Source: Planctomycetota bacterium
Lineage (GTDB): Bacteria > Planctomycetota > GCA-002687715 > DRQF01
Assembly (NCBI GenBank): GCA_020639295.1
Contig: JACKGY010000003.1
Coordinates: 159,625-223,624 of the forward strand
Reading direction: 5' to 3'
DNA length: 64,000 nt
The notes under the pieces were generated by a model that was not told the origin of the DNA, made no database searches, and saw nothing but the letters and a program-made list of their open reading frames with translations. Position numbers and translations under genes: made by a program. The stretch's first letter is position 1; each line of letters opens with the position of its first letter. Positions 1-9,186 of the stretch are shown here, in pieces.

Positions 1-1794
1 GCTGCGACTGCGCCGACCGCCCCGCGAGTCCCGCGTGTCGCGCGAGTCGCGACCGTCACGCCGTCCCTGGCCATCGCCGCGCCCGCGGCCATCCCGACTT
101 TCATTGCGACTGCGACCGTCGCCACGCTCGCGGTTGTCGCCACGCTCGCGGTTGTCGCCACGCTCGCGGTTGTCGCCACGCTCGCGGTTCTCGCCACGCT
201 CGCGGCGTCCGGCGGCATCGCCGGCTTCGGGCCGGCGCTCGCGCTGGTCCTGGCGACCTTGGGGTCGGCCGTCGGCCTGGTCGGTCTCGTTCTCGCGACC
301 ACGACCGCGACCGCGACCCCGGCCGCGTCGACCACGACGGCCGCGTCCCTCACCGTCCTCGCGGGCTTCGTCCTGGTCGGAGCCTGCGGCCTCCCGCGCC
401 ACGACCTCGGCCTCGTCGTTCTCGGCGCGGGGCCGACCGGCGTCACGCTCGGCGGCCGGTTCCTCGGCCCGGTCATCGTCGTCGCGCCGCGAACGGCGAC
501 GCCGGCGGCGGCCGCGCCGCTCCTCACCGTCCTCCGCGCTGGCGGCGGCGGGCGTCGGGGCCTCGGTGGCTTCCCGGTCGGTGGTCGGTTCCCCCTCCGG
601 CGCCGGCGCGGCATCGCGCTCGTCCGACCGCGGGGCCTCGGCCTCGGTGGCGCTCTGGGCCGCCTCGCGCGGACGGTCGTCGCGGCCCGACTCGGGGATC
701 ATGCGGATCTCCTGGTCGAGGTGGCGGCGGATGCGCTCGAAGGCCTGGTAGTCCTCGTCGCCGACCAGCGTGGTGACCACGCCGTCCCGGCCGGCGCGCG
801 CGGTGCGGCCGATGCGGTGGACGTAGTCCTCCTTCTCGAAGGGGACGTCGAAGTTGACCACGTGACCGATGTGGTCGATGTCGAGACCGCGCGCGGCGAC
901 GTCGGTGGCCACGAGGACGCGGATCTCGCGGTTGCGGAAGCGCTCCATGACCTTGAAGCGCACGCTCTGGTCGTGGTCGCCGGAAAGCGCCGCGACCGAG
1001 AAGTTCTTGGCCCAGAGCTCGCGATCGACCTGGCGGACGGCGCGCTTCGTGTTGCAGAACACGATCACGGTGCCGTCGTTCTCGAGCTCCTGCTTGAGGA
1101 GGCGTTCGAGGATCGCCAGCTTGCGCGCGCTCTTGGTCCGGATGGCGCGCTGGTCGATGGTCTCGACCGCCTTGCGCGAGCTACCGATCTCGATCTGGAC
1201 CGGGTTGTTCAGGATCTTCCGCGCCTCGCGCAGGATGATCGGCGGCACCGTGGCGCTGAACAGGGCGGTCTGCCGCTCGCGGGGCAGACGCTTGACGATG
1301 CGCTGGATGTCCTCCAGGAAGCCCATGTCGAGCAGACGGTCGAACTCGTCCAGGACGAAGTACTCGACCCATTCCACCGGCAGGAAGCGGTCCTCGAGGA
1401 GGTCCACGATCCGGCCGGGGGTGCCGACCACGATCTGCTTGCCGGGGATGGCCATGCGCTGGGTGCGGACATGGACGCCGCCCACGACCAGGGCCACACG
1501 GCAGCCCTTGCCGCGACCCACCTCGGCGAGGTCGTCGGCTACCTGTTGCGCCAGCTCGCGGGTCGGACAGACCACGAGGGCCTGGATGCTGACCCGCTGG
1601 GCCTCGACGCGCTCGAGGAGGGGAATACCGAAGGCGAGGGTCTTGCCGGAGCCGGTTTCGGCCCGGCCCATGAGGTCCCGACCCTGGAGCAGCGGCGGAA
1701 TGGCCTGCTCCTGGATCGGCGTGGGCTGGACGAAGCCCTTCTGGCGGAGAGCTTCCGCCACGGGCTCGCAGAGCCCGAATTCGCTGAACTGCAT
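1..1794 (-). CDS. DEAD-box family ATP-dependent RNA helicase. Partial: the 3' end runs off the left edge of the window.
   Basis: My own translation of the minus strand from the ATG at 1794 gives MQFSEFGL..PTPIQEQAIP (Q motif), AETGSGKT (motif I), TPGR, VLDEFD (motif II variant), SAT and HRIGRTARAG (motif VI). A roughly 200-aa R/G/D/E-rich tail follows. The ORF is absent from the track because there is no stop inside the window. Confidence 0.9.
   Translation of the reverse strand, partial: MQFSEFGLCEPVAEALRQKGFVQPTPIQEQAIPPLLQGRDLMGRAETGSGKTLAFGIPLLERVEAQRVSIQALVVCPTRELAQQVADDLAEVGRGKGCRVALVVGGVHVRTQRMAIPGKQIVVGTPGRIVDLLEDRFLPVEWVEYFVLDEFDRLLDMGFLEDIQRIVKRLPRERQTALFSATVPPIILREARKILNNPVQIEIGSSRKAVETIDQRAIRTKSARKLAILERLLKQELENDGTVIVFCNTKRAVRQVDRELWAKNFSVAALSGDHDQSVRFKVMERFRNREIRVLVATDVAARGLDIDHIGHVVNFDVPFEKEDYVHRIGRTARAGRDGVVTTLVGDEDYQAFERIRRHLDQEIRMIPESGRDDRPREAAQSATEAEAPRSDERDAAPAPEGEPTTDREATEAPTPAAASAEDGEERRGRRRRRRSRRDDDDRAEEPAAERDAGRPRAENDEAEVVAREAAGSDQDEAREDGEGRGRRGRRGRGRGRGRGRENETDQADGRPQGRQDQRERRPEAGDAAGRRERGENRERGDNRERGDNRERGDNRERGDGRSRNESRDGRGRGDGQGRRDGRDSRDTRDSRGGRRSRS
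118..205 (-). repeat. 18-bp tandem repeat (gtcgccacgctcgcggtt), about 4.9 copies, inside the helicase tail coding region.
   Basis: Perfect head-to-tail copies are read directly at 118-189, with a degenerate fifth copy to 205. On the minus strand the repeat encodes (RERGDN)n. Confidence 0.9.
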
Positions 1795-2386
1795 GTGTTT
1801 CTACTTCTCGAGGGCAGCATGAGCTGCTCGTGTCTTCTTCATTCCGGTGATCGGGCCCGCGCGCCATTCGCGCAGGTCCTCGGGGCCATCGCCCGGTGCC
1901 GGATCACGCGGCACACCGACGCTCGGACCACACGGCCCGGCGGGTCGACGCGAGGATTCGCGTCCAGGCCGGCGAACCGGCCGGCTCCCTCGGGAGCCCT
2001 CTCGAACATCCGGCCGCATCCCCGGGGGAGGGCCGGTCGCCACGTCGGATACGATCCGGGGCGAGCCTTGCTTGGCGGCTTCGGGCCGCCGGGGCCCATC
2101 GGGGCGGCCCCTCTCGGTCCTTCGGCCCCATCCTCGAAGGATCGGGGGCCGACCTGGAAGCCGGCGGTTGCCTCCCGTCGATCGGCCTTCCGGGCGCGAG
2201 GCGCGGGGCGGGATCGGGGCGCGTGGTCGGCCGGAAGGGCCGGGCTCGAGGCCACGCGTGGGGGGCCGGCGGACTTCATGCAGGAAACCACGATCCGCAG
2301 CCCGTTCGGGGTGGAGGATCGTCCTTGCACGATCACAAGTCTATGCGAGTGAAGGGAATTATCAACTCCCAGGGAGCCTGGAAATG

Positions 2387-2416
2387 TTGAACCGACGCGG
2401 CTGGCGTCGCTACAAT
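2387..2416 (+). promoter_or_regulatory. Candidate sigma70-type promoter for the mcc operon: TTGAAC, 18-nt spacer, TACAAT.
   Basis: The hexamers are read at 2387-2392 and 2411-2416, about 130 nt upstream of the mccB ATG. This is a motif match only. Confidence 0.35.
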
Positions 2417-2548
2417 CCCGCCCCTTCACCCGGGCCCGGAGCCGAGTTCGGGAGAGGATCTCGCGAACTCGAACCGGCGTCCGACTGACCTTGCATCGAC
2501 CAATCGGGCCCGCCGGTCCTACCCATTTCGACAGGAAAGACGGAGCCG

Positions 2549-4159
2549 ATGAGCGACGTTATCCGGAGCCAGATCCGTACTGACTCGGCCGACTACAAGG
2601 CCCAGGCCGCCCGGATGGAAAGCCTGGTCGCGGACCTGCGCCGGGTGACCAACGAGACCCGGCGTGGCGGTTCGGAACGTGCCCGCGAGCTGCACGTGTC
2701 GCGCGGCAAGCTCCTGGTACGTGACCGCATCGACCACCTCATCGACCCGGACAGTCCCTTTCTCGAGTTCTCGGCCCTGGCGGCCCATGGTCTCTATGAC
2801 GATCAGGCGCCGGCCGCCGGCGTGGTCACCGGCATCGGTCGGGTCGCCGGCATCGAGTGCATGATCATCGCCAACGATGCCACGGTGAAGGGCGGCACCT
2901 ACTTCCCGATGACGGTGAAGAAGCACGTCCGCGCCCAGAACATCGCGCTCGAGAACGGTCTGCCCTGCGTCTACCTGGTCGACTCGGGTGGCGCCTTCCT
3001 GCCGCTCCAGGACGAGGTCTTTCCGGACCGCGATCACTTCGGTCGGATCTTCTACAACCAGGCGCGGATGTCGGCCGCGGGGATCCCCCAGATCGCGGTG
3101 GTGATGGGTTCCTGCACCGCCGGCGGCGCCTACGTGCCGGCGATGTCCGACGAGAGCATCATCGTCCGCGGCAACGGCACCATCTTTCTCGGCGGTCCGC
3201 CGCTGGTGAAGGCCGCGACCGGCGAGGTGGTGAGCGCCGAGGACCTCGGGGGCGCCGACGTCCATTGCAAGATCAGTGGCGTCACCGACCATCTGGCCGA
3301 GAACGACGAACATGCCATCCGGCTGGCCCGGAGCGTGGTCGAGCATCTGAACCGCAAGAAGCGCGTCGACGTCAAGGTACAGGCTCCCGAGGACCCGCTC
3401 TACGATCCGCGCGAGATCTACGGCATCGTCGATCCCGACAACAAGCGGCCCTACGACGTCCGCGAGGTGATCGCCCGCATCGTCGACGGCAGCCGCTTCC
3501 ACGAGTTCAAGCGCGAGTACGGCACCACGCTGGTGACCGGTTTCGCCCACGTCATGGGCTATCCGCTCGGCATCGTCGCCAACAACGGCGTCCTGTTCTC
3601 GGAGTCGGCCCAGAAGGCGGCGCACTTCATCCAGCTCTGCGGTCAACGGCGGGTGCCGCTGCTCTTCCTGCAGAACATCACCGGCTTCATGGTGGGGCGG
3701 CGCTACGAGAACGGCGGCATCGCCCGCGACGGGGCCAAGATGGTCCAGGCCGTCGCCACCGTGGGCGTGCCGCGACTCACGATGATCATCGGTGGCTCTT
3801 TCGGAGCCGGCAACTACGGCATGTGCGGACGGGCCTACGATCCGCGGATGCTCTACATGTGGCCCAACGCCCGCATCTCGGTGATGGGCGGCGAACAGGC
3901 GGCGAGCGTGTTGACCACGGTGAAGAAGGACCAGCTCGAACGCGAGGGCAAGGAGCTTCCGGCCGCGGACGAGGCGGAGATGCGCCGGCCGATCCTGGCC
4001 AAGTACGACAGCGAGGGTCATCCCTATTACAGCAGCGCCCGGATCTGGGACGACGGCATCATCGACCCGGCCGAGTCGCGCAAGGTTCTCGGGCTGTCCC
4101 TCTCCGCGGTGCTGAATGCGCCGGTGGTGGACTCCCGTTTCGCCGTCTTCCGGATGTGA
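2549..4159 (+). CDS. mccB: 3-methylcrotonyl-CoA carboxylase, beta (carboxyltransferase) subunit.
   Basis: 536 aa. Long colinear similarity to MCCC2/LiuB-type carboxyltransferases, for example [54 protein letters not shown] and [10 protein letters not shown]. Confidence 0.93.
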   Translation: MSDVIRSQIRTDSADYKAQAARMESLVADLRRVTNETRRGGSERARELHVSRGKLLVRDRIDHLIDPDSPFLEFSALAAHGLYDDQAPAAGVVTGIGRVAGIECMIIANDATVKGGTYFPMTVKKHVRAQNIALENGLPCVYLVDSGGAFLPLQDEVFPDRDHFGRIFYNQARMSAAGIPQIAVVMGSCTAGGAYVPAMSDESIIVRGNGTIFLGGPPLVKAATGEVVSAEDLGGADVHCKISGVTDHLAENDEHAIRLARSVVEHLNRKKRVDVKVQAPEDPLYDPREIYGIVDPDNKRPYDVREVIARIVDGSRFHEFKREYGTTLVTGFAHVMGYPLGIVANNGVLFSESAQKAAHFIQLCGQRRVPLLFLQNITGFMVGRRYENGGIARDGAKMVQAVATVGVPRLTMIIGGSFGAGNYGMCGRAYDPRMLYMWPNARISVMGGEQAASVLTTVKKDQLEREGKELPAADEAEMRRPILAKYDSEGHPYYSSARIWDDGIIDPAESRKVLGLSLSAVLNAPVVDSRFAVFRM

Positions 4160-4166
4160 TCAAGCG

Positions 4167-4973
4167 ATGACCGAAGCCTACCAGACCCTCCGGATCGAGC
4201 GCGGTGACCAGGGCGTGGTCACGGTGACTCTCGCCCGCGGCGAGACCCGCAACGCCTTCGACGCCCGCCTGATCGACGAGCTGCGTCGGGCCTTCGAGGC
4301 GCTCGCCGGCGACGCCGATCTGCGGGCGGTCATCCTGCGCGGCGAGGGCAAGGCCTTCTGCGCCGGCGCCGACCTCAACTGGATGCGGGCCAGCGCCGCC
4401 CTGAGCGAGGCCGAGAACGAGGCCGGCGCCCGCGAGATGGCGGCGATGTTCGCGGCCGTCGCCTCCTGCCCGGTGCCGGTGATCGCGGTCGTTCACGGCC
4501 ATGCCCTCGGCGGCGGTGCCGGCCTGGTGGCGGCGGCCGACGTCGCTCTCGGCACGGCCGGCGCCAGGTTCGGCTTCACCGAGGTCCTCCTCGGCATCAT
4601 CCCGGCGGTCATCTCGCCCTACGTCCTGCGCAAATTGAGCCAGACCCAGGCGCGACGCTACTTCGTCACTGGCGAGATCTTCGACGGCCGCGAGGCCGAG
4701 CGCATCGGGCTCCTGCAGAAGTGCCTCGCCGACGAGGCAAGCCTCGAGGCGGAGGTCGCCGCGATGGTGACGGCGCTCATGCGCGCCGGTCCCGCGGCGA
4801 GTCGCGAGGCCAAGAAGCTGGTGGCGGCGGTCGCCGGACTCGAGCCGGAACGGGCCACCGACCTGACCGCGCCCTGGATCGCCCGGATCCGCGGCAGCAC
4901 CGAGGGCCAGGAGGGCATGGCCGCCTTCCTCGGCAAGCGCAGGGCCGCCTGGGTCCCGGAGGAGTCGGCATGA
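4167..4973 (+). CDS. Enoyl-CoA hydratase (crotonase) family protein, probably methylglutaconyl-CoA hydratase.
   Basis: Crotonase signatures are present (KAFCAGADLNWM, VHGHALGGGAGL). It sits between mccB and mccA. I chose the ATG at 4167 because the track ORF from 4116 overlaps the end of mccB. Its stop overlaps the next start (ATGA at 4970-4973). Confidence 0.85.
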   Translation: MTEAYQTLRIERGDQGVVTVTLARGETRNAFDARLIDELRRAFEALAGDADLRAVILRGEGKAFCAGADLNWMRASAALSEAENEAGAREMAAMFAAVASCPVPVIAVVHGHALGGGAGLVAAADVALGTAGARFGFTEVLLGIIPAVISPYVLRKLSQTQARRYFVTGEIFDGREAERIGLLQKCLADEASLEAEVAAMVTALMRAGPAASREAKKLVAAVAGLEPERATDLTAPWIARIRGSTEGQEGMAAFLGKRRAAWVPEESA

Positions 4974-6508
4974 GCGAGCGGTTCTTCGACAAGGTGCTGA
5001 TCGCCAACCGCGGCGAGATCGCGGTGCGCGTGATCCACAGCCTGAAGACGCTGGGCATCCGCAGCGTCGCCGTGCACTCCGAGGCCGACCGCGGCGCCCT
5101 CCACGTCCGTCTCGCCGACGAGGCGATCGAGATCGGACCGGCGCCCGCCCGGGAGAGCTACCTCGATCAGGACCGGGTCATCGCCGCGGCTCGCGAGAGC
5201 GGGGCCCAGGCCATCCATCCCGGCTACGGCTTCCTGTCCGAGAATGCCGAGTTCTCCGCCCGCTGCGAGCGCGAAGGACTGGTCTTCATCGGCCCCTCGG
5301 CCGAGTCGATCCGCGCCATGGGCGACAAGGCCGCGGCCCGGGACCTGGCGGAACGAGCCGGTGTGCCGGTGGTGCCCGGCCGCAGCGAGATCGCCGGCGA
5401 CGACGAACTCCTGGCCGCCGCCGACGAGGTCGGCTTTCCCCTCCTGCTCAAGCCCTCCGCGGGTGGTGGCGGCAAGGGCATGACCGTCGTCCATCGCCGC
5501 GAGGACCTGATCGAAGCGGCCGCTGCCGGGCGACGTCTCGCGCGGGCGGCCTTCGGCGACGATCGACTCATCGTCGAGCGCTTCGTCCGCCCGGCACGTC
5601 ACGTCGAGATCCAGGTCTTCGGTGACGGCGCCGGTCGGGCCGTCGCCATCGGCGAGCGCGAGTGCAGCCTCCAGCGCCGGCACCAGAAGGTGGTGGAGGA
5701 GTGTCCCTCGCCCGTCGTCGGCGAGGCCCTGCGTCAGCGCATGCAGGCGGCCGCGGTCGCGCTCGCCGAGGCCGTCCGCTATCGCGGCGCCGGCACGGTC
5801 GAGTTCCTCCTGGCGCCCGACCAGTCCTTCTACTTCCTGGAGATGAACACCCGCCTGCAGGTCGAGCATCCGGTCACCGAGATGGTCTACGGCGTCGACC
5901 TCGTCGCGGCCCAGCTCCAGGTCGCCGCCGGCCAGGGACTTCCGGCCGGGTTCGACGACCTGCGGCCGCGCGGTGCCGCCATCGAGCTCCGCCTCTATGC
6001 CGAGGATCCGGAGCGCGACTTCCTGCCGACACCGGGCCGCGTGCTGGCGATGAAGGCCCCCTTCGGCCCCGGGCTGCGCTTCGACACCGCGATCGAGGAC
6101 AGCGGCGAGGTCAGCGCCGAGTACGATCCGATGATCGCCAAGCTGGTCGCCTGGGGTTCCGATCGCGGCGAGGCCCGGCGGCGGGCGATCGCGGCGCTCA
6201 AGGAGACCTTCGTGCTCGGGATCATCACCAACGTCGGTTTCCTGAAGCGCATCTGCGAATCGGAATGGTTCGCGACCGCCGACTTCCACACCCGCAGCCT
6301 GGATGAACTCGGCGCCGAGGGCGCCCTGCGCCGGCCCCAGGGTCTCGTGGACGAGGTGCTGGCGGCGGCGGTCTACAGCTTCGCGCGCGGCTCGGCCCTG
6401 CGCGGCGCCAAGGGTCCGGAGACGGTCGAGGCGGAGGGCGATCCCTACAGTCCCTTCGACCTGCTCGGCGACTGGCGCAGCCTGCCCGCGGAAGGAGAAG
6501 GCCGATGA
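4970..6508 (+). CDS. mccA: Methylcrotonyl-CoA carboxylase alpha subunit, biotin carboxylase part only. It has no biotinyl domain.
   Basis: Starts MSERFFDKVLIANRGEIAVRVI. The ATP-grasp biotin carboxylase core (GFPLLLKPSAGGGGKGM, EMNTRLQVEHPVTE) is present. The protein is 512 aa and ends GDWRSLPAEGEGR*, before any AMKM motif. Confidence 0.9.
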   Translation: MSERFFDKVLIANRGEIAVRVIHSLKTLGIRSVAVHSEADRGALHVRLADEAIEIGPAPARESYLDQDRVIAAARESGAQAIHPGYGFLSENAEFSARCEREGLVFIGPSAESIRAMGDKAAARDLAERAGVPVVPGRSEIAGDDELLAAADEVGFPLLLKPSAGGGGKGMTVVHRREDLIEAAAAGRRLARAAFGDDRLIVERFVRPARHVEIQVFGDGAGRAVAIGERECSLQRRHQKVVEECPSPVVGEALRQRMQAAAVALAEAVRYRGAGTVEFLLAPDQSFYFLEMNTRLQVEHPVTEMVYGVDLVAAQLQVAAGQGLPAGFDDLRPRGAAIELRLYAEDPERDFLPTPGRVLAMKAPFGPGLRFDTAIEDSGEVSAEYDPMIAKLVAWGSDRGEARRRAIAALKETFVLGIITNVGFLKRICESEWFATADFHTRSLDELGAEGALRRPQGLVDEVLAAAVYSFARGSALRGAKGPETVEAEGDPYSPFDLLGDWRSLPAEGEGR

Positions 6509-7023
6509 AGACGATGCATCTCGAACTCGCCGGCGAGGTCATCGAGCTCGACTACCGCATCGAGGGCAACATGCTCCGCCTGCGCCGCAAGGGCGCCGAC
6601 GCCGAGCTGGTCTTCGAGGTGGAGGACCTGGGCTGCGAGCTGATCCTGCGGGCGCCCGGTCTGCGCCGGCGGATCGCGGCGCTGCGCGAGGCGGATCGCG
6701 TCCACCTCGCCGACGCCGGCGAGCCTTTCGTCCTGCGCCGCCACGTCCCCGACCCGGCCGACGCCGGCGGCGACGCCAGCTCGGCCAATCTGGAGGCGCC
6801 GATGACCGGCAAGGTGGTCAAGGTGCTCGCCGAGGCCGGCGCCCGCATCCGCGAGGGCGACGCGGTGATCATCGTCGAGGCGATGAAGATGGAACACAAG
6901 TTGGTCGCGCCCTTCGACGCCGTGGTGGAGAGCATCAGCGCGGTCGAGGGCCAGCAGGTCGACATGAACGAGAGACTCGCCCATCTGGTGAGGGTCGAGG
7001 ACGAAGGGGCACCGGCCAGCTGA
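6505..7023 (+). CDS. Separate biotin carboxyl carrier (biotinyl/lipoyl-attachment) protein completing the MCC alpha function.
   Basis: 172 aa. The C-terminal APMTGKVVKV...VIIVEAMKMEHKL biotinylation motif is present. It has its own AGGAG Shine-Dalgarno about 7 nt upstream and an ATGA overlap with the preceding stop. Confidence 0.85.
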   Translation: MKTMHLELAGEVIELDYRIEGNMLRLRRKGADAELVFEVEDLGCELILRAPGLRRRIAALREADRVHLADAGEPFVLRRHVPDPADAGGDASSANLEAPMTGKVVKVLAEAGARIREGDAVIIVEAMKMEHKLVAPFDAVVESISAVEGQQVDMNERLAHLVRVEDEGAPAS

Positions 7024-7062
7024 CTGGCACCGGAAGCCATCAAGAAACCGAGGAGAATCGCC

Positions 7063-8043
7063 ATGAAGACCCCGCTCCGAGTTGCCGTCACCGGCGCCGC
7101 CGGCCAGATCGGCTACAGCCTGCTCTTCCGCATCGCGTCCGGTGCGGTTTTCGGTGCCGATCAGCCGATCATCCTGCAGCTGCTCGAGATCACCCCCGCG
7201 CTGGGCGCGCTCCAGGGCGTGGTGATGGAACTCGACGACTGCGCCTTCCCGCTGCTCCAGGGCGTGGTCACCTCCGATGACCCGAAGGTCGCCTTCAAGG
7301 ACGTGAACCGCGCCTTCCTGGTCGGTTCCAAGCCGCGGGGCAAGGGCATGGAGCGGAAGGACCTGATCCGCGACAACGGACCGATCTTCATCGGTCAGGG
7401 CAAGGCCCTCAACGACCACGCCGCCCAGGACCTGCGGGTCATCGTCGTGGGCAACCCCTGCAACACCAACTGCCTGATCGCCATGTCGCACGCGCCCGAC
7501 GTGCCGCGCGAGCGCTTCAGCGCCATGACCCGCCTGGACCACAACCGGGCCATCGCCCAGCTCGCCGGCAAGGCGGGCGTGGCCACGACCGCGGTCGACA
7601 AGGTGACCATCTTCGGCAACCACAGCGCCACCCAGTACCCGGACTTCGAGAACGCCACGATCGGTGGCAAGAAGGTCACCGATGTCATCCAGGATCGCGC
7701 CTGGCTGGAGGGCGACTTCATCAAGACCGTGCAGCAGCGCGGCGCGGCGATCATCGCGGCGCGGGGCCTGAGCTCGGCCGCCTCGGCGGCGAACGCCGCG
7801 ATCGATCACATGCACGACTGGCAGTTCGGCACCCGGGCCGGTTCTTGGGTGTCGATGGGCGTGGTCTCGGACGGCTCCTACGGAGCTCCCGAGGGTCTGA
7901 TCGTCGGCTTCCCCTGCACGACCGACGGGACCGACTGGAAGATCGTCCAGGGTCTGGAACTTTCCGACTTCGCCAAGGCGAAGTTCGCCGCCAGCCTGAA
8001 GGAACTCGAGGACGAGCGCGCCATCGTCGCCGATCTCCTCTGA
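7063..8043 (+). CDS. mdh: NAD-dependent malate dehydrogenase.
   Basis: 326 aa. Carries [14 protein letters not shown] (Rossmann), VGNPCNTN and MTRLDHNRA, which are typical of the type 2 MDH family. Confidence 0.93.
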   Translation: MKTPLRVAVTGAAGQIGYSLLFRIASGAVFGADQPIILQLLEITPALGALQGVVMELDDCAFPLLQGVVTSDDPKVAFKDVNRAFLVGSKPRGKGMERKDLIRDNGPIFIGQGKALNDHAAQDLRVIVVGNPCNTNCLIAMSHAPDVPRERFSAMTRLDHNRAIAQLAGKAGVATTAVDKVTIFGNHSATQYPDFENATIGGKKVTDVIQDRAWLEGDFIKTVQQRGAAIIAARGLSSAASAANAAIDHMHDWQFGTRAGSWVSMGVVSDGSYGAPEGLIVGFPCTTDGTDWKIVQGLELSDFAKAKFAASLKELEDERAIVADLL

Positions 8044-8063
8044 TCCGGTCCGATCAACATGGC

Positions 8064-8100
8064 AAAGGGGGTCCGGGCGGTCTGCCCGGACCCCCTTTTG
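8064..8100 (+). terminator. Rho-independent terminator downstream of mdh.
   Basis: Sequence aaagggggtccgggc-ggtc-tgcccggaccccc followed by TTTTG. Near-perfect GC-rich stem with a T tail. Confidence 0.8.
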
Positions 8101-8204
8101 CTGTCAGACAGGTCGCGTCGCCAAAAGGGGGGGAATGCCCCGTTCTCGTGGCTTTCCGCTCCTAGGATAGAATGCCGGGGAATGCGAGCCCGGGGGAGCG
8201 GTCC

Positions 8205-9161
8205 ATGCGGATCCTGCTGATCGAAGACGATCGCGACGACGTCGATCTCCTCCTGGAGAATCTGCGGCGATCGGGTCTCCGCCGCGCCAGGGTCACCGAG
8301 GTGGCGAGCCTGAGCGCCGCTCTCGCCGCCTTCGCCGCGACGGACTTCGACCTGGTCCTGCTCGCCCTGAGCCTGGTCGACACCCACGGCACCGATGGTG
8401 TCTCGAAGTTGCTGGAGGTGAATCCTGAGTTGCCGATCGTCGTCCTCACCAACGACCCGAGTCACGCCGGCGAGGCGCTGCGGCTCGGCGCCCAGGACTA
8501 CCTGGTCAAGCAGGAACTGACCCCACCGCTCCTCGAACGCAGTCTCCGCTACGCCCGGGAGCGGAAGCGGCACGAGAACGAGATCATCACCCTCAAGCGA
8601 GAACTCGAGCAGTTGAGCGAGCGGCTCGCCGACCTAGCGATGACCGACCCGCTCACCGGCCTGGGCAACCGGCGCGCCTTCGAGGACACGCTCGACGCCG
8701 AGTTGCGCCGGGCCCGCCGGCAGGCGGCCGCGGTAGGTCTCCTCCTGGTCGACGTCGACGTGTTCAAGGCGATCAACGACCGCTACGGCCACGAGCTGGG
8801 TGACCAGGTCCTGGTGGCCGCCGCGCGCTCCTTCGAGGCGGCCGCCCGCCGCGCCGGGGAGCGGGCCTTCCGGATCGGCGGCGACGAGTTCGCCCTGGTC
8901 GTCGCCTGCGAAGGTGGAGGGGATCTCGCCGATGTCGCCGCGCGCATCCACGAGATCTTCCACCAGCGCCGCCCCTTGCCCGCGGTGACCCTGAGCCTGG
9001 GCAGTGCGATCGTCTCCGGCACCGGTGCCGCGGATCGCCGCCTGCTGATCCGTTGCGCGGATCGGGCCCTCTACGCGGCGAAGGAGGCCGGCGGCGACCG
9101 GCACGTCGGCTATCGCGAGGCGGACTGCCTCGCCCTGGAGGGTGATCTCGGCAAGGTCTGA
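8205..9161 (+). CDS. Receiver domain plus GGDEF diguanylate cyclase. The receiver lacks the canonical phospho-acceptor Asp.
   Basis: MRILLIEDDRDD..FDLVLLALSLVD (Ala where Asp is expected)..VVLT..YLVK. A coiled linker follows, then LTGLGNRRAF...RIGGDEFALVV. GGGGGAG Shine-Dalgarno before the ATG at 8205. Confidence 0.85.
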   Translation: MRILLIEDDRDDVDLLLENLRRSGLRRARVTEVASLSAALAAFAATDFDLVLLALSLVDTHGTDGVSKLLEVNPELPIVVLTNDPSHAGEALRLGAQDYLVKQELTPPLLERSLRYARERKRHENEIITLKRELEQLSERLADLAMTDPLTGLGNRRAFEDTLDAELRRARRQAAAVGLLLVDVDVFKAINDRYGHELGDQVLVAAARSFEAAARRAGERAFRIGGDEFALVVACEGGGDLADVAARIHEIFHQRRPLPAVTLSLGSAIVSGTGAADRRLLIRCADRALYAAKEAGGDRHVGYREADCLALEGDLGKV

Positions 9162-9186
9162 AGCCCGGCCGCGGAACCTCGGGCTC

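Noticed and set aside
118-205. Tandem repeats (also 56736-56780 and 50220-50340) as possible CRISPR or VNTR arrays.
   Set aside because: All are in-frame coding low-complexity repeats ((RERGDN)n, (GP)n, Gly-rich tail) without spacers. No CRISPR-like repeat-spacer architecture exists anywhere in the window.
35-2352. Long plus-strand ORFs 35-751 (238 aa) and 259-2352 (697 aa), rich in Arg, Pro, Ser, Gly and Ala.
   Set aside because: They lie antisense to, or out of frame with, the clearly recognisable minus-strand DEAD-box helicase. Their composition is typical of high-GC shadow frames.
2519-7815. Minus-strand ORFs of 456-543 aa (2519-4021, 4658-6289, 6445-7815) opposite mccB, mccA and mdh.
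   Set aside because: These are shadow ORFs of strongly identified plus-strand genes. They have no motifs and a low-complexity R/A/G/D composition.
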